A stretch of DNA of 64,000 nucleotides from Octopus sinensis (taxonomy: Eukaryota). The notes below the pieces were generated by a model. The model saw only the letters and a list, made by a program, of their open reading frames with translations. It did no database searches and had not been told where the DNA came from. The stretch is from positions 14,818,001 to 14,882,000 of the forward strand of contig NC_043025.1 in assembly GCF_006345805.1 (NCBI RefSeq). Reading direction: 5' to 3'. Position numbers and translations under genes: made by a program. Shown here in pieces: positions 41,170-56,400 of this stretch. The first letter of the stretch is position 1. Each line of letters opens with the position of its first letter.

Positions 41170-44100
41170 ATGTAAAGGATAAAAGAGTCAAAAGGAAGAG
41201 TAAGTACAGTTAGGCAGCTTTTTAATGATCATTACAAATGTTTTGATACAAATAGATCTACAGGATTTAAAGTTAGATTTAAATTAAATTAAATTATAAT
41301 AATATAATGAAATTATTGTCTACAGTGCTCAGGTGCACCACAACTTGTCTGAAAGTGTGTATAAAGCATATGCAGTAATGTAGAAATGTCTGGAAAGCGA
41401 ACAGTGTATGAGTCAGATACATGCTTGTGTGTGTATGGAGGGAAGAGAAAATCAGGTGTAGTGTTGGCGAATCTCAGGAAGCATGGAAGTTTTGAAGGAT
41501 GCAGTGCTCCGACAACTAACAACTGATGCCAGCAGTTTGTTCCATGCTTCAGCAATTCTTAGCATGAAAAAATGTTTCCGAAAGTCATGGGAGCTGTGTT
41601 GTATTCTGACTTTGTAAATATGTCCATGGGTGTTAGACGGGTGGAGTTTGAAAAGGTGCTCAGAGTTATTGTTTGTAAGATGGTTAATAATTTTATGGGT
41701 GTCTACCAAGTCAGCTGCCAGACGTCGGAGTTTCAATGTGTCCATGTCCAGGGAAGTAAGGCGTTCAGAATATGGCAAATGCCTGATGGAGGGTATTCTT
41801 ATGTAATGATTTACCTGTATAAGAAGATCCATACATATCTTCTCAGGTGATAATTAATTGCTGTCTCTCTAAGTAAATCTAGATTCTTATGCTATAATAT
41901 CCATGACTCTTTTACTTTTTATTTTCACACGCAAGGAATACCTAAGACTAGAATTGGTAGCATACTATAATAATGCTACTGGCTATTTGGGAATTCTAAG
42001 GGTGAATGGGCTCTATTTGTACTCTTATACGCTCTTAACAGAACACACTTTCAACTATATATATGCATGTATATGTACAGGGTGCATAAAGTATTTGAGG
42101 ACAAAGGTTTTTGGGGGTCATTGCTGCATTTTGTGCTAACTCTGTATAATCTTTGGTCAGAAAATAGTAATGGCAGACCCTCAGCTTACTCAAGAAATGA
42201 AGAGGCATGCTCTTACTGTGGTTATAAAGGCTGAGCATAGCAATTTAGAAATATCTTGATTTTTAAAAGTTGCCAGATCTTTCGTCTACAAAGTTTGTAA
42301 GGAGTTAGAGACTGAAGATGGAAATGTATCACCAGTATCAAAGCATAAAAAGCATTCTAAATGCTCTGAAGTCTTAAGAACACCTGAATTTATCCAACAA
42401 GTTCAACAGACTATTGATTACAATCTCAGAAAGTCCTTGAGGTCAATTGTGAAAGATCTTCATGTGTCAGAAGGAACAGTCAGAAATGTTGTCCACAAAG
42501 ACATCAGATATAAGTCTTATATGATGAGGCAAGGTCAATTTGTCAGAAAAAGCAAAAGAAAATCACTACATCAGATCTAAAAGGCTCTTAAACAAACTGA
42601 AAAATCCAGCAGAAGAAGATTTGATTTGGTTTTTCTCAAACGAGAAAATCTTTGACCAAGATCAAAAAGTTAACAGAAGAAATGACAGACAGGTTATGTG
42701 CAGACCTTTCTGAAGTACAAAATGCATACAAAATTTCCTGCAACTGTCATGGTTTTACGAGTTGTCAGCAATGAAGGACATGTGATGCCTCCTTACTTCT
42801 TCCCACAAGGACTTAGAGTTAACTCTGCTACCTACATTGAGATCCTGGAAATAATTGCTAAGCCCTGGATAGACGGTGTATGCAGTGGAAGGCCATATGT
42901 GTTTCAGTAAGACTCTGCACTATCACACATGGCTCTAGTAACACAAGAATGGATGGTTGAAAGTTTTCATGATCACACAACCCCTAACATTTGGCCTCCT
43001 AATTCCCCAGATCTTAATCCATGTGGAGCATTGTTGAGAGAGAGGTCAATGAACATGCCCATAACACCAAAGATTCTTTGAAAGCTGCCATAGTCAGAGT
43101 AATGTCCAAAATGAACCAGGATCACTTGATTCGAGAATGTAGATCTCATATAGAAGCAGTTGTTGAAGCTGAAGGTGGCTTTATTGAATAACATTTTAGA
43201 AAAGAAGGTTTATTTCTATCCTCAAAGCATTTTCTGATAAATAAGGTTATTATCTGTTATTATATATCTGTTTTTTTTTTTATAAACATAAATCTGTCCT
43301 CAAATATCTTACACACCCTGTATATATATCTATGTGTGTGTATGTCTTTGTGTTTGTCCCTCCATCATCACTTGATAACTGTTGTTGGTGTGTTCACGTC
43401 CCCATAACTTAGCAGTTCAACAAAGAGAAACTGATGGAATATGTACTAGGCTTCAAAAAACAATCCTGGGGTCAATTTGTTTCACTAAAACCCTTGAAGG
43501 CAGTGCTCCAGCATGGCTGCATTCTGATGACAGTAAAACATTATATACATATACATCCCCCTAAAAAGTGGGTTGGTCATGGCTGGAAAGTCTTTGGTTT
43601 GGCCTCAGCTTAATAGGGACTGACAGCAATAACAAAACGAATTCAAGAAGGGGGGGGAAGCCTCTTAGAGGTCTCCTGTGCAATTAGAAATAGCAGTCAA
43701 ACTGCCTTCAAATCAATTTCAACCCTCATAAAATAGGGAAGAACACAGCTGACATTATGTTTGGACTCCTCAGATAGGATGGTCATGGATGGCTGCAATG
43801 CTTCTGATAGCTCTGTTGGGTCTGGTCTGACCTAGGGCTAAACAGCAACTCCTAGTAAGGGAGCAGCTCCTTTGTGGTATGGTCAACTGATCTGCTAGAA
43901 ACAGCAGCCAAATGACTCTAAAACTGAAACACTATTTTGAAGGAAGAGAAGGAAGCACTGGGAATATATTTTGTAAGATAGGGAAAAGAGACAGGAGGGC
44001 CATGGATGGAAAGTTGTTGATGAGACCTTGAGAAGCTTTCTTGATCACCCCCCCCCCGGATCTTTCATCCCCAGATCAACTTACCCTTAACAATGTTCTC

Positions 44101-44910
44101 ACCCTCACTGACAATTAGGGTGGAGAGAAGGAGAGGAAGAAGCAACAATTGAGACCCCCCCACCTCTACTGCCCTTCCCCCTACTAATCAGACCACTGCC
44201 CCTCCCACACCAGATGCATGTTCCTCCACTCCTCTGACCATCACACACCTGCCTCCCCATTTCAAATGTTATCCCCTCATTATCTAATCACTGCCCTGCC
44301 CTCCCCGCTAGATACCCTCAGCCCATTGTACCCCCCACCAATAATAACCTTCACCCACCCACGCCCACCACCAGATTACCATCTCTCCCCCTATTCCCCC
44401 CCTCCATTTCACTGTTTCCCCCCTCATCAGATCACTGCAATCATCCACCCCCTCCCTCACTTCAGGTCACTGCTCCCCCCACTGCTGCCAATATCCTTCC
44501 ACCCTCCACCCACACACCCAATACAGCCCCCCACCCTGCTCCCAGTACCCCCTGCTCCTGGTGCTGCAGCAACCATAAACACAGGAAGTTGCCTGGCCAG
44601 TGTCAGAAACACATGTGGTAACACCCCCCCATCCGCATATATGTTATGTATGTATATACACTCACCCACCCAACGGCTACCCCCCCCCGGGTGGTGAAGG
44701 GATGGGTACGGGGGGGGAAGGTGGAGACAGTAGGGAAAGGGTTTAAAGAGGGAATAACAGTACCCTCTCGTTCCCCACCCCACCCCAACCTGCTCCTTGT
44801 CCTAAATTCCTCCACAGTCACTCTACAAGCCATCACCACCACTACCACCACCACCGTCACCACCACCACCACCATGTTCTTTCTGTTGGAGTTCTGGGGT
44901 GATTGATGTA

Positions 44911-44965
<55 letters not shown>

Positions 44966-45357
44966 TGTGTGTGTGTCTGTCTGTCTGTCTGTGTATGTAT
45001 GTGCCTGTGTGTGTTTGCGCGTGTGCAAGTATATATATATATATATATACACATACATACTGACAAGCATGTGTGTGTGTGTGTTTGTGTGCACTTACAC
45101 ATGTGCATGTGTGTGTATACACCCATCTGTGCATGCATGTGTGTGTGTGTTTTATGAGAAGACAACCAACCCCACAAAACACATTTTCTCTTTTTCTGGC
45201 TCCAAACGAATTAGAAAAAGTATTTTGTAATGGGAAGTTGGCATGGGTGGAGGTACGTATTTGTTGTTTAATAAAACACACATTGAGACAAACTGCACTT
45301 TCAGGATTTATTTGGAATGATCCAACTCTGTCAAACTAAGATTCCATTATTTATACG

Positions 45358-45389
<32 letters not shown>

Positions 45390-45783
45390 CTCTTTTACTT
45401 GTTTCAGTCATTTGACTGTGGCCGTGCTGGAGCACTGCCTTTAGTCGAGCAAATCGACTCCGGGTCTTATTCTTTGTAAGCCCAGTACTTATTCTATTGG
45501 TCTCTTGCCGAACCGCTAAGTGACAGGGACGTAAACACACCAGCATCGGTTGTCAAGCAATGTTGAGGGACAAACACAGACACACACACATGATGCCATG
45601 ATAGATCATTAGCTCCTACACACATTTTTCCTCTCCTTGTTTCTCCTTGTTTTTTTTATGTGAATCTTTCTGTGTAGGCTCGAAACGTAAAAGACTTGTT
45701 TTAGTTCTATTCCTGAGCGTCATACTAATACATTGTTTGTTTGTACTCCACCTGCCTTCGTCTATTTTCTTAAACCTTCCCGT

Positions 45784-45816
<33 letters not shown>

Positions 45817-45981
45817 ACGACAGCCTTCTTTCAGTTTCCGTCTACCAAATCCACTCACAAGGCATTGGTCGGCCCGGGGCTATAGAAGAAGACACTTGCC
45901 CAAGATGCCACGCAGTGGGACTGAACCCGGAACCATGTGGTTGGTTAGCAAGCTACTTACCACACAGCCACTCCTGCTGTG

Positions 45982-46027
<46 letters not shown>

Positions 46028-48195
46028 TAAAAACAGTAAGATAACAAAAGAAAGAAAGAGACCCCAATATTATGTAAATAGAAGAAATTTATCTGTAAAA
46101 TAATATGTGACAATTATTCAATAGCCAAGATAAAACTCTGAGTTTCAAATGCCGAGGTGGAAATCCACACCACCATCTCTTCAGTAATCCGGCCATCTGA
46201 AAAATGCTATCTTAATTTTAATTATTTTAATTAGCGGTCATTTGAATTAGCGCTTTTGTATAAGTAGTGGACTATAACACAGTAATTTCCCTTTGTATAA
46301 TGGTCTTTTTTCATAGCATTTTTCAGATGACCAGATAACCAAAGAGATGGTGTGGTGGATTTCCACCTCAGCATCCGAAACTCAGAGTTTTATATTGGCT
46401 ACCAAATAATTGTCACATATATTATATATATATATATATATCACCGTGATCACCTTGACCGACCAGACTATCAGATGTTGCTACACATCGCTGGTCACAA
46501 TGCGCTTCACATTGCTTTAGCCTTCAAATGACGCCACCCCGCTGGCTAAGCGAGCAGGTCAACAGAAGAAAGAATGAGAGAAAGTTGTGGCAAAAGAGTA
46601 CAGCAGGGATCGCCACCACCCCCTGCAGGGGCCTCGTGGAGCTTTAGGTGTTTTCGCTCAATAAACACTCACAACGCCCGATCTGGGAATCAAAACCGCA
46701 ATCCTACAACCGCGAGTCCGCTGCCCTAACCACTGGGCCATTGTGCCTCCACTTTAAAGAATGAAAGTCAAAGCTGACCTCAGCAGAATTCGAACTCAGA
46801 ATGTAAAGACGGACGAAATGACGCTAAGCATTTGTCCGGCGTGCAAACGATTCCGCTAATTAGTCGCCTTATATATGTATACTAGCAGAATTGCCTGGCG
46901 ATGCTCGGGGCTGAATTGCTTGAAAGTACTGTTAATGATTGCACTGAATTATGATGATTATTCAGGTAAATATTGATATAAGTTTACGGTGGGAGATAAG
47001 GACTTAATGATCAAACGTGTGCCATTGCATTGTTTTGGGGGAACCAAATTTCTGATGATCATTATAGGGGCACCAACTTTAAGTTTGAGAATGTGTGGTG
47101 GTAGTCCGGGGTGCTCAAAGGAATTGAGTACCTCTATTGGATAGTTGATGACGTCCTCTGGGTCAGGAGTTGTATCGATAGACTGATATACATAGACTTC
47201 CCCAGGAATGAGTTTTAGCATTTCATCATTAATATGGTGAACTGTTTTATTCCTCGGGGCCAGAATAGCCCTTTGGCCAATCCGATCCATATTCTAATAA
47301 TTAGCTTGTAGATCTGGGAACACTGCATCTCTGAGATCAGAAGGCGTTTTAACAATGGTACAAATGGAATTGATGGCAATATTACCATTTTCATCCCCTG
47401 GTATTTTGCCTTCGCCAAGTGCAAGGAGGGTGTGAGGAAATGCTGCTGATGTGATATTACGTCGCATATGAGCACGCATATTGGTGTGAAGTTTGAGAGT
47501 CTTCACCAGTGGCCACAATGTAGATGACTTAAGACACGCACTTACTGCATCAGCTGTAGTCCCTTTGGGAATAACGGGAAGTGTTTGTCGGAAGTCCCCT
47601 GAAAGAAGAAGTGTTATGCCTCCCATGGGAGGTGAAGAGTGTTTGATGTCTCTGAGAGATCTATCTAGTGCCTCAAGAGCACATCTGTGGGCCATCGTGC
47701 ATTCATCCCAAACGATAAGCTTGCATCGTCTGAAGACTTCTGCCTGATCGGAGCTGTTACTGATGTTGCAAGTTGGTGTCTCAGTCTTCGCTAAGTCAAT
47801 CGGGAGCTTGAAAGTGGAGTGAGCTGTCCTGCCGCCTAGCAACAAAGTAGCCGCAATTCCAGATGATTCCACAGCTAGGGCAATGCCTTGTGTTCGCCTA
47901 ATCTCAGCCAATATTAATTTGTTGACAAAAGTTTTCCCAGTGCCCCCAGGAGCGTCCAGGAAAAAAATCCTCCCAGTTTTGTGTTCTGGAAGGAGCTTTG
48001 GCTCATTGTCAGCTATGTACTCGGCAAGCTCATCAACATTAAAACATGTCTCACACAGCAAATGTGAAGACAGAGTGTTTGTGCCTTCCCGGTTTGTTGA
48101 AGGTAGGCCATAGACCGGCAAGGCACTACCGCCCATATCAAGTACAGTATCTTCGAACGTAGTTTGTTACCACACAGCCACACCTGCCCTTATGC

Positions 48196-48226
<31 letters not shown>

Positions 48227-48928
48227 TGTGTGTGTATGGGTAGATATATTATGCATGTATATATGTGTATATATATATGTGTACATATTACATGTACATC
48301 TATATATATACATCTACACATAAAATACAAAATACAAAGTTATATCTTGATATCGCTAGTGATAACAATGCTCAAAATATATAACAGACTGGAATTGTAG
48401 GGCCGTCTCTTGCAATTTCGATCAATTGGATCTTGTATAGTAGTGTACGGCTGCAGCGAAATTCAATTTTGGACTTTCTTCTATGGAAGGCATTTTAACA
48501 AAAATGCTTCCGTAAAGACGGTGAAAATATTGTCAATTTCCCCAAACAGGGACACAATTCAATTTTTAAACAATAACCAAAGCCCCTTCTCCAAAAGGGG
48601 GAGGGTTACAGTTTACAATTATTTAACAAATGCAACACAACAACGTTTCCCTGGCGAGGAACCAACAAACGTGATTACAATAGTCAAACAGTAATAATAA
48701 TAACAACAAACCTTTTTAATTTATCCCCATTTATGTGAAACCACTTATTCAAGTTCAAGTCAATGATGCAATTTTATACGAATTGCTAATACACATACAC
48801 ATAATAAGGGTGAAAAATTGAATATTAATTTGATTAATATGAATTGAAAACCAGTGGTGTAGCATATAAGACCATAGCGGATCTTCCTCTAGCAAAAACG
48901 ATGACTACTATTAATGGCTCATCCCTGT

Positions 48929-48960
<32 letters not shown>

Positions 48961-50293
48961 CACACACCTTAGCTTACAATTTTCTTTCAACAATTGACAC
49001 TGTCATATATGTATATGTTTGCGTGTCTATGTGTGTAAAGAGGAAGTGGGAGTAATAGGCGGAGTGAAGCCTTTGAAGTGAGATAGGGAAATCATAAAAT
49101 ATTGAGTTTTCTCGAATTTTTGCTTAATTGGGGGTCAAATTGAAAGAAATTTATATGCGATGACCGAATGGAATGTACTTGGAAAAATCCTAGGTAAACT
49201 CTAATTGAAGAAATTGTGCGAGGAGTAAATCGTTATGTATTTATTTGTTTCTGTTTGCTCTGTATTTTTTTTTAGTAGTGGTTTAAGGTACACTTGCAAA
49301 GAGAAAGTAGGAGTAATTATGGTAATAGCATGAGTGAAGCAGTTGAAATTAGAGAGGGAAATCGTAAAATATTTACTTTTCTCGAATTTTTGCTTAATTG
49401 GGAGTCAAATAGAAAAAAACTTTACATGCCATGACCCAATCGAATCTACTTGGAAAAAGCATAGGTAAATTCCAATTAAAGAAATTCTATATTGTACAAT
49501 TGTATAAAAAACAAACGGTTTGGGAAGCAGAGAAAATCTACTCCAAACCACTAATAGTTGTAATTCTGAAAGGGAAAGAGAAATAAAAACGTTTACCCTG
49601 GACTATGCATAGTTTCGGCAATCTTTTGCAAATAAAATAAAATGATTTTACTTTACAATTGGCATTGCCATCTTCAGCAGGAAGCCAAGGCTAACATATA
49701 GGCATGAGGCGATATGGATCATGCCTCGAGTCTATATGCTATAACTTTTCAAAGTCCACCATGCACGCGCGGTTTTTCCAGCAGTAAATATAATTGCCGA
49801 TATTCTTTCAAAATTAGCCAAAAAACCTTTTATCATTAATTAATAAATCTTAAGGTAGCAAAAGAAAAATTCTCTGCTACCAGTGGCCTAGCAAGAAGGA
49901 AAGAATAGTCAATAGACTATATATTATTCATAGAAAAATACAGTGTGCATTTAAACACATAAGAGATGACCATAATAGGACATCTGACTCACTAGAAAGA
50001 GCAGTTAAACTCCAAACCACTATTCTTTCCTTCTCGCTAAACCACTGGTAGTGTAGAATTTTTCTAAAATCTTTTTTTGCTACCCTAAGATTTATTAATA
50101 TATATATAGGTGCAGGAGTGGCTGTGTGGTAAGTAGCTTGTTTACCAACCACATGGTTCCGGGTTCAGTCCCACTGCGTGGCACCTTGGGCAAGTGTCTT
50201 CTACTATAGCCTCGGGTCGACCAAAGCCTTGTGAATGGATTTGGTAGACGGAAACTGAAAGAAGCCCGTCGTATATATATGTGTATATATATA

Positions 50294-50339
<46 letters not shown>

Positions 50340-50563
50340 GTGTGTGTGTTCGTGTGTCTGTGTTTGTCCCCTTAGCATTGCTTGACAACCGATGCTGGTG
50401 TGTTTATGTCCCCGTTACTTAGCGGTTTGGCAAAAGAGACCGATAGAATAAGTACTGGTCTTACAAAAGAATAAATCCCGGGGTCGATTTGCTCGACTAA
50501 AAGCGGTGCTCCAGCATGGCCGCAGTCAAATGACTGAAACAAAAGAGTAAAGAGTAAAAGAGA

Positions 50564-50594
<31 letters not shown>

Positions 50595-53262
50595 ACTTAA
50601 TGTACAGTGTATTAACATAAGAGCAACAAAAAGTTTCCTGCTATGGAGACAGGTGGTGAGGCAGAGTTTTATAATGTGCTTTGTGTCTCCAAGCAATCTC
50701 CAGGGTCTGAGCATGTTGTCTGTCCTATTTGAAAACCAAGATGTTTGTACATGAGAAACCATGAAAAGAAACAAGAAGGTTGATGCATGAGAAACTACAT
50801 TTTGCCTGTTTTTCCCAATTACAGGGGTTTGCATGCCCTAATATCACACCACTTTCTTCCGTCAGAATGCAGTGAGAGTCGATAATTTTATTTACAACAT
50901 TTCAATTGGCACCGTTTCCTGAATCCCCCAAAATTCACACACACACACACACACACTCATTTTTTAATGTCCTCCTGGCATGCGTTGGATGCTTTGACCG
51001 AAGCCAAGCAGAAGACCACACCAAACTTCTGTGCTTGTTTTGGCAGGGTTTTCATGGCTGGATGCCCTTCCTAACCCCAACCAGCCTGTAGAGTGGACTG
51101 AGTGCTTTTCATGTGGCACCAGCACAGGGGGAGGTCAGTTTTAGCATGGTTTTTACAGCTAAATACCCTTCCAAATGCCAACCACTTTATAGTGTGGACT
51201 TAATGCTTTTTGCGGGGGCATCAGTATTGACAGAGGTATCAAGTAACTTTGTAAGAGAGGGATATATGTATGTGTGTACATGTGTGTATATATATATGTA
51301 TGTGTGTGTGTGTGTGGAGGCACAATGGCCCAGTGGTTAGGGCAGCGGACTCGCGGTCGTAGGATCGCAGTTTCGATTCCCAGACCAGGCATTATGAGTG
51401 TTTATTGAGTGAAAATGTCTAAAGCTCCACGCGTCTCCGGCAGGGGGTGGTGGTGAATCCTGCTGTACTCTTTCACCACAACCTTCTCTCACTCTTTCTT
51501 CCCGTTTCTGTTGTACCTGTATTTCAAAGGGTCAGCCTTGTCACACTGAATCTCCTTGAGAACTCCGTTAAGGGTACATGTGCCTGTGGAGTGCTCAGCC
51601 ACTTGCACGTTAATAAATGAGCTGTGACGTCACTGGTACCAAGCTGTATCGGCCCCTTTGCCTTTCCCTTGGATAACATCGGTGGCGTGGAGAGGGGAGG
51701 TCGGTATGTGTAGGCAACTGCTGGTCTTCCATAAAACAACCTTGCCCAGACTGGTGCCTTGGAGGGGTAACTTTCTAGGTGCAATTCCATGGTCATTCAT
51801 GACCAAAGGGGGTCACGACGACGATATCATGTCAAGCTGGAGATGGGAACGAGGACTTCCGTTTGCAAATACTGATAGGACACAGATAGTGTGTCAATAG
51901 TCAGCTGGAGGAGATGTCTCCCTGGGGCTAAAAGCTACCCTTAAGGGTTAGCCACATTTAGGTGGAAAAATATACTTCATAATGTTGTGCAGCTACTGTT
52001 TTATACCTCGTTCAGAGATTTATTATATATATATATATATGTCGAAATAAATATCAATGGAAATAGTAGTTGTGATACCTGTGCCGGTGGCACATAAAAA
52101 GCACCATACGAACGTGGCCAATGCCAGCGCCGCCTTGACTGGCTTCCATGCCGGTGGCATGTTAAAAGCTCCAACCGATCGTGGCCGATGCCAGACTCCC
52201 CTGCCACCTGTGCCGGTGGCACGTAAAAAGCACCCACTACACTCGCGGAGTGGTTGGCGTTAGGAAGGGGATCCAGCTGTAGAAACACTGCCAGATCAGA
52301 CTGAGCCTGGTGCAGCCCCTGACTTCCCAGACCCCGGTCGAACCGTCCAACCCGTGCTAGCATGGAGAACGGACGTTAAATGATGATGATGATGATGATG
52401 ATAGAGATGTACTTGCATAGCAAGTGATTTGATCTGAGATCGTATGCTGAAACGAAAGCAATTGCAGTGTGGAAGATGTTTATAAGCCATTTAAGAAACA
52501 CACAAAAGCCATTCGATTCACTTCAACATTTAAGTTTAATTTGTCAAAATATTTTCATCGCTTTAAGACCGCGACCTCTTCACTGACAAAAATCCGTGCT
52601 GCAACTCAGATTTTTGTCAGTGAACAGGTCGCGGTCTTAAATGACGAAAATATTTTGACGAATTAAACTTAAATGTTGAAGTGAATCGAATGGCTTTTGT
52701 GTGTTTCTTAAATGGCTTATAAACATCTTCCAAGCTGCAATTGTATATAATTATAATTATTAGGGATATATGAAGGGCGCTGAAAAGTTCCTGGCTTTGG
52801 GTAAAAGAGGATACAGGAGGATCAGTTAATTATGATTTTATTCACCATATTCCCCTCTCAGTTTCCCACTCCCTCCTATGTATATGTGTTGTTAAAATAT
52901 GTTCACACACACACACATCTGAGGCCCTCTATTCGGTACCACCACCACTGAACTAGTAATTATATCTCTCCCTTTTATTTCTGTTCCCTATTCCGACTCA
53001 TGGCTTCCTTCATCACCTATTTCATAATTACTGTGGGTGGTGATGCTTGTAGTGGTAGTGGTGGTGGGGTGGGTGAATTTCAGCATGAAGTGTGTTGGTG
53101 TATAAAGAGAGTTGTCTGGAGGTATTGGTGGTGATGGTGTGTCGAAGGAGGGGTGGGTGTTTGGGGTTGTCATGAAGAGCCTCCCCATCCTGCAAGGTTG
53201 CTAAGTGTGTATGAAGGATATAAATTTTGAGGCAGCGAGTACTGAGACTGTGTTTTTGTGAC

Positions 53263-53315
<53 letters not shown>

Positions 53316-53391
53316 ATATATATATGTATATATATATATATACACACATATATATGTATATATATGTATATGTATATATATATGTATATGT

Positions 53392-53438
<47 letters not shown>

Positions 53439-56400
53439 CACACAGATAGACATATATATATATATGTCTGTCTGTGTATATATATACACACAGACATACA
53501 TATTTACATACATACACATCTATACATACAAATACATATACATAGATACACACACACATATATATACTTATATACACATATAAATATGTGCATGTATGCA
53601 CACATGCATACATAAGAATGTATGCATGTATGACATTACTTTCTTTCTAGACCTTGTTACTTGGTGAACAACACTGAAACAGCAACACATGTACATATTT
53701 GAGTGTATGTATATATATATATGTGTATATATGTATATGTGCATGTGTATATATATATATGCATATATTTGTATTCATGCATGTCTGTGTGCGTGCATTA
53801 TGTATACCGCATAGGCACACACATACACACACACACACGGGTGACTTGTAATTATGAGGAATAAATAAAAAAAATAAAATGACAAAAACAACATGAAAAA
53901 CATGAAAAAAATGCAAGGAAAATGTGATTGAGGGAAATGGGATAATGGTGTTTTGTTTTAAGGCCAGATACAACAGACACAAACATAGTTTTAGTATCAG
54001 ATTTCCTTGTTTACTTCAATTGTACCCCTTTATTCATGTCCTTATATCTTTATTTTTTAACTATATGACTCATTTTGCTAGTCAAAATATACAGCATTTT
54101 GGGCAAAACACGAAGCCTGCTGGATATAGTTACATTCGCAACACTGGAGACAGTGGTTTTCCTGAAAAAACACATTTTTTTCCCTTTTCAGTTTGAATAC
54201 ATTATTGTTATCTTTTTATTACTGAAAATGTTTGTCTGGAATCTAAAGAAGAATAATAATGAAAGAATCCTATTTGAGTTCAAATTCCACCAAAGTCAGC
54301 TTTGCCTATCATCCTTTTTGAGTTGATAACATACCACCTGATAGAATTGATTTGCTCCCTCCCCTAAAAGTCAAGGCCTTATGCCTATAGTAGAAAGGAT
54401 TATTATTTATCATCATCATCATCGTTTAACATCTACCTTCCATGCTGGCATGGGTGGGATGGTTTGACAGGAGTTGGCCAGGCAAAAGACCATACCAGAC
54501 TTCTGTGACTGTTTTGGCAGGATTTTTACAGCTGGATGCCCTTCCTGACACCAACCACTCAGCAGAGTGGACTTGGTACTTTATTGTTATTATTATTATT
54601 ATTTGTTACTACTACAGGCACAAGAACTGACATTTTAGAGTAGGAGGCTTGTTGACTACATCAACCTCAGTGCGCAACTGGTACTTATTTTATTGACCCT
54701 GAAAGGATGACAAGTAATGTCAACCTTGGTGGAATTTGAACTCAGAATGTGACAATAGATGAAATGCTGCCAAGCATTTTGCCTGGCATGCTAACAATTC
54801 TGCCAGCTCACCTCATTAACAATAATGATAATAATGATGATAATAATAACAGAGAGAAAGCAACCATACTTTGGGATGTGCCAATACACACAAATAGAGA
54901 AATCAAGGCTAATAGACCAGATATAGTTATCAGAGGATTCCAAGAAAAAAAAAAGTTTTCTAATCAATGTACCAATCCCAACAGATGACAATGTGTCTCT
55001 AAAAGACATACAGAAACTCTCAAAATACAAAAACCTGAAAATAGAGACCACCTGAGTGTGGAGCCTCGAAACAAGCAACCCATATAATGATCGGTGCATT
55101 AGGAATCATCATCATCATCATCATCATCATCGTTTAGCATCCGCTTTCCATGCTCGCATGGGTTGGACGGTTCAACTGAGGTCTGGGAAGCCAGAAGGCT
55201 GCACCAGGCCCAGTCTGATCTGGCAATGTTTCTACGGCTGGATGCCCTTCCTAATGCCAACCACTCCGTGAGTGTAGTGGGTACTTTTTACGTGCCACCA
55301 GCACGGGGGCTAGGCGAGGCTGGCAACGGCCACGATTGGATGGTACTTTTTACGTGCCACTGGCACAAGGCCAGTCAGGGCGGAGCTGGCAACGGCCATG
55401 TTTGGATGGTTCTCTTACATGCCACCGGCACTGGTATCACAAAAAAAAACATTCAAATACATAGCAAAACCACCAGGACTTACAAGTATGTATAACATAG
55501 AGAAAATAGCACTACTAGGAATCACACACGTCCTACAACCATAAGCGCACCACAACAAACCACAGCACATACCCAAGGCACACAGACCTGCGCTCGGTAG
55601 TGCAGTGAAAACACGTGATAAAAATAAGACTACTGAATAATAATGATGGAATAAAACATTCAATGACGAGGGAAAGGATTAGAAAAGAATGTTATTGCAG
55701 GTTAAGGGCAATACTCAAGACAGAGCTGAATGCAAGAAACAGGATCGAAGCGATCAATATTTTAGCCATACCAGTCGTAACTTACAGTTTCATTATCGTT
55801 AACTGGTCAGTTACTGAAAGATGTAATCTTGACAGAAAAATAGAAAAACTGTTGACACTGCATAGGATGCACCACCCTAAGGCAGATATAGAACGACTTT
55901 ATCTACCAAGAAAAGAGGGAGGCCATGGACTTTTACAACTGGCAATAACAATGAAGATTGCCACAATTGACTTAAGCATCCACCTGAAAAAACTCTGAGG
56001 ACTGGATGTTAAAATTTGTCTCAAAAAATGAAAACAAGAAAACATCATACTCAGTAACAAAAGAGGCAAAGGAATCATCATCATCATCATCATCATCATC
56101 GTTTAACATCCGTTCTCCATGCTAGCATGGGTTGGACGGTTCGACCGGGGATCTGGGAAGCCAGAAGGCTGCACCAGGCTCCAGTCTTATCTGGCAATGT
56201 TTCTACAGCTGGATGCCCTTCCTAGTGCCAACCACTCCGTGAGTGTAGTGGGTGCTTTTTACGTGCCACCTGCACTGGTGCCAGGCGAGGCTGGCATCGG
56301 CCACAGTCGGATTGGTGCATTTTACGTGCTACCGGCACGGAAGCCAGTCGAGGCGGCACTGGCTTCGGCCACGATTCGGATGGTGCTTTTTATGTGCCAG

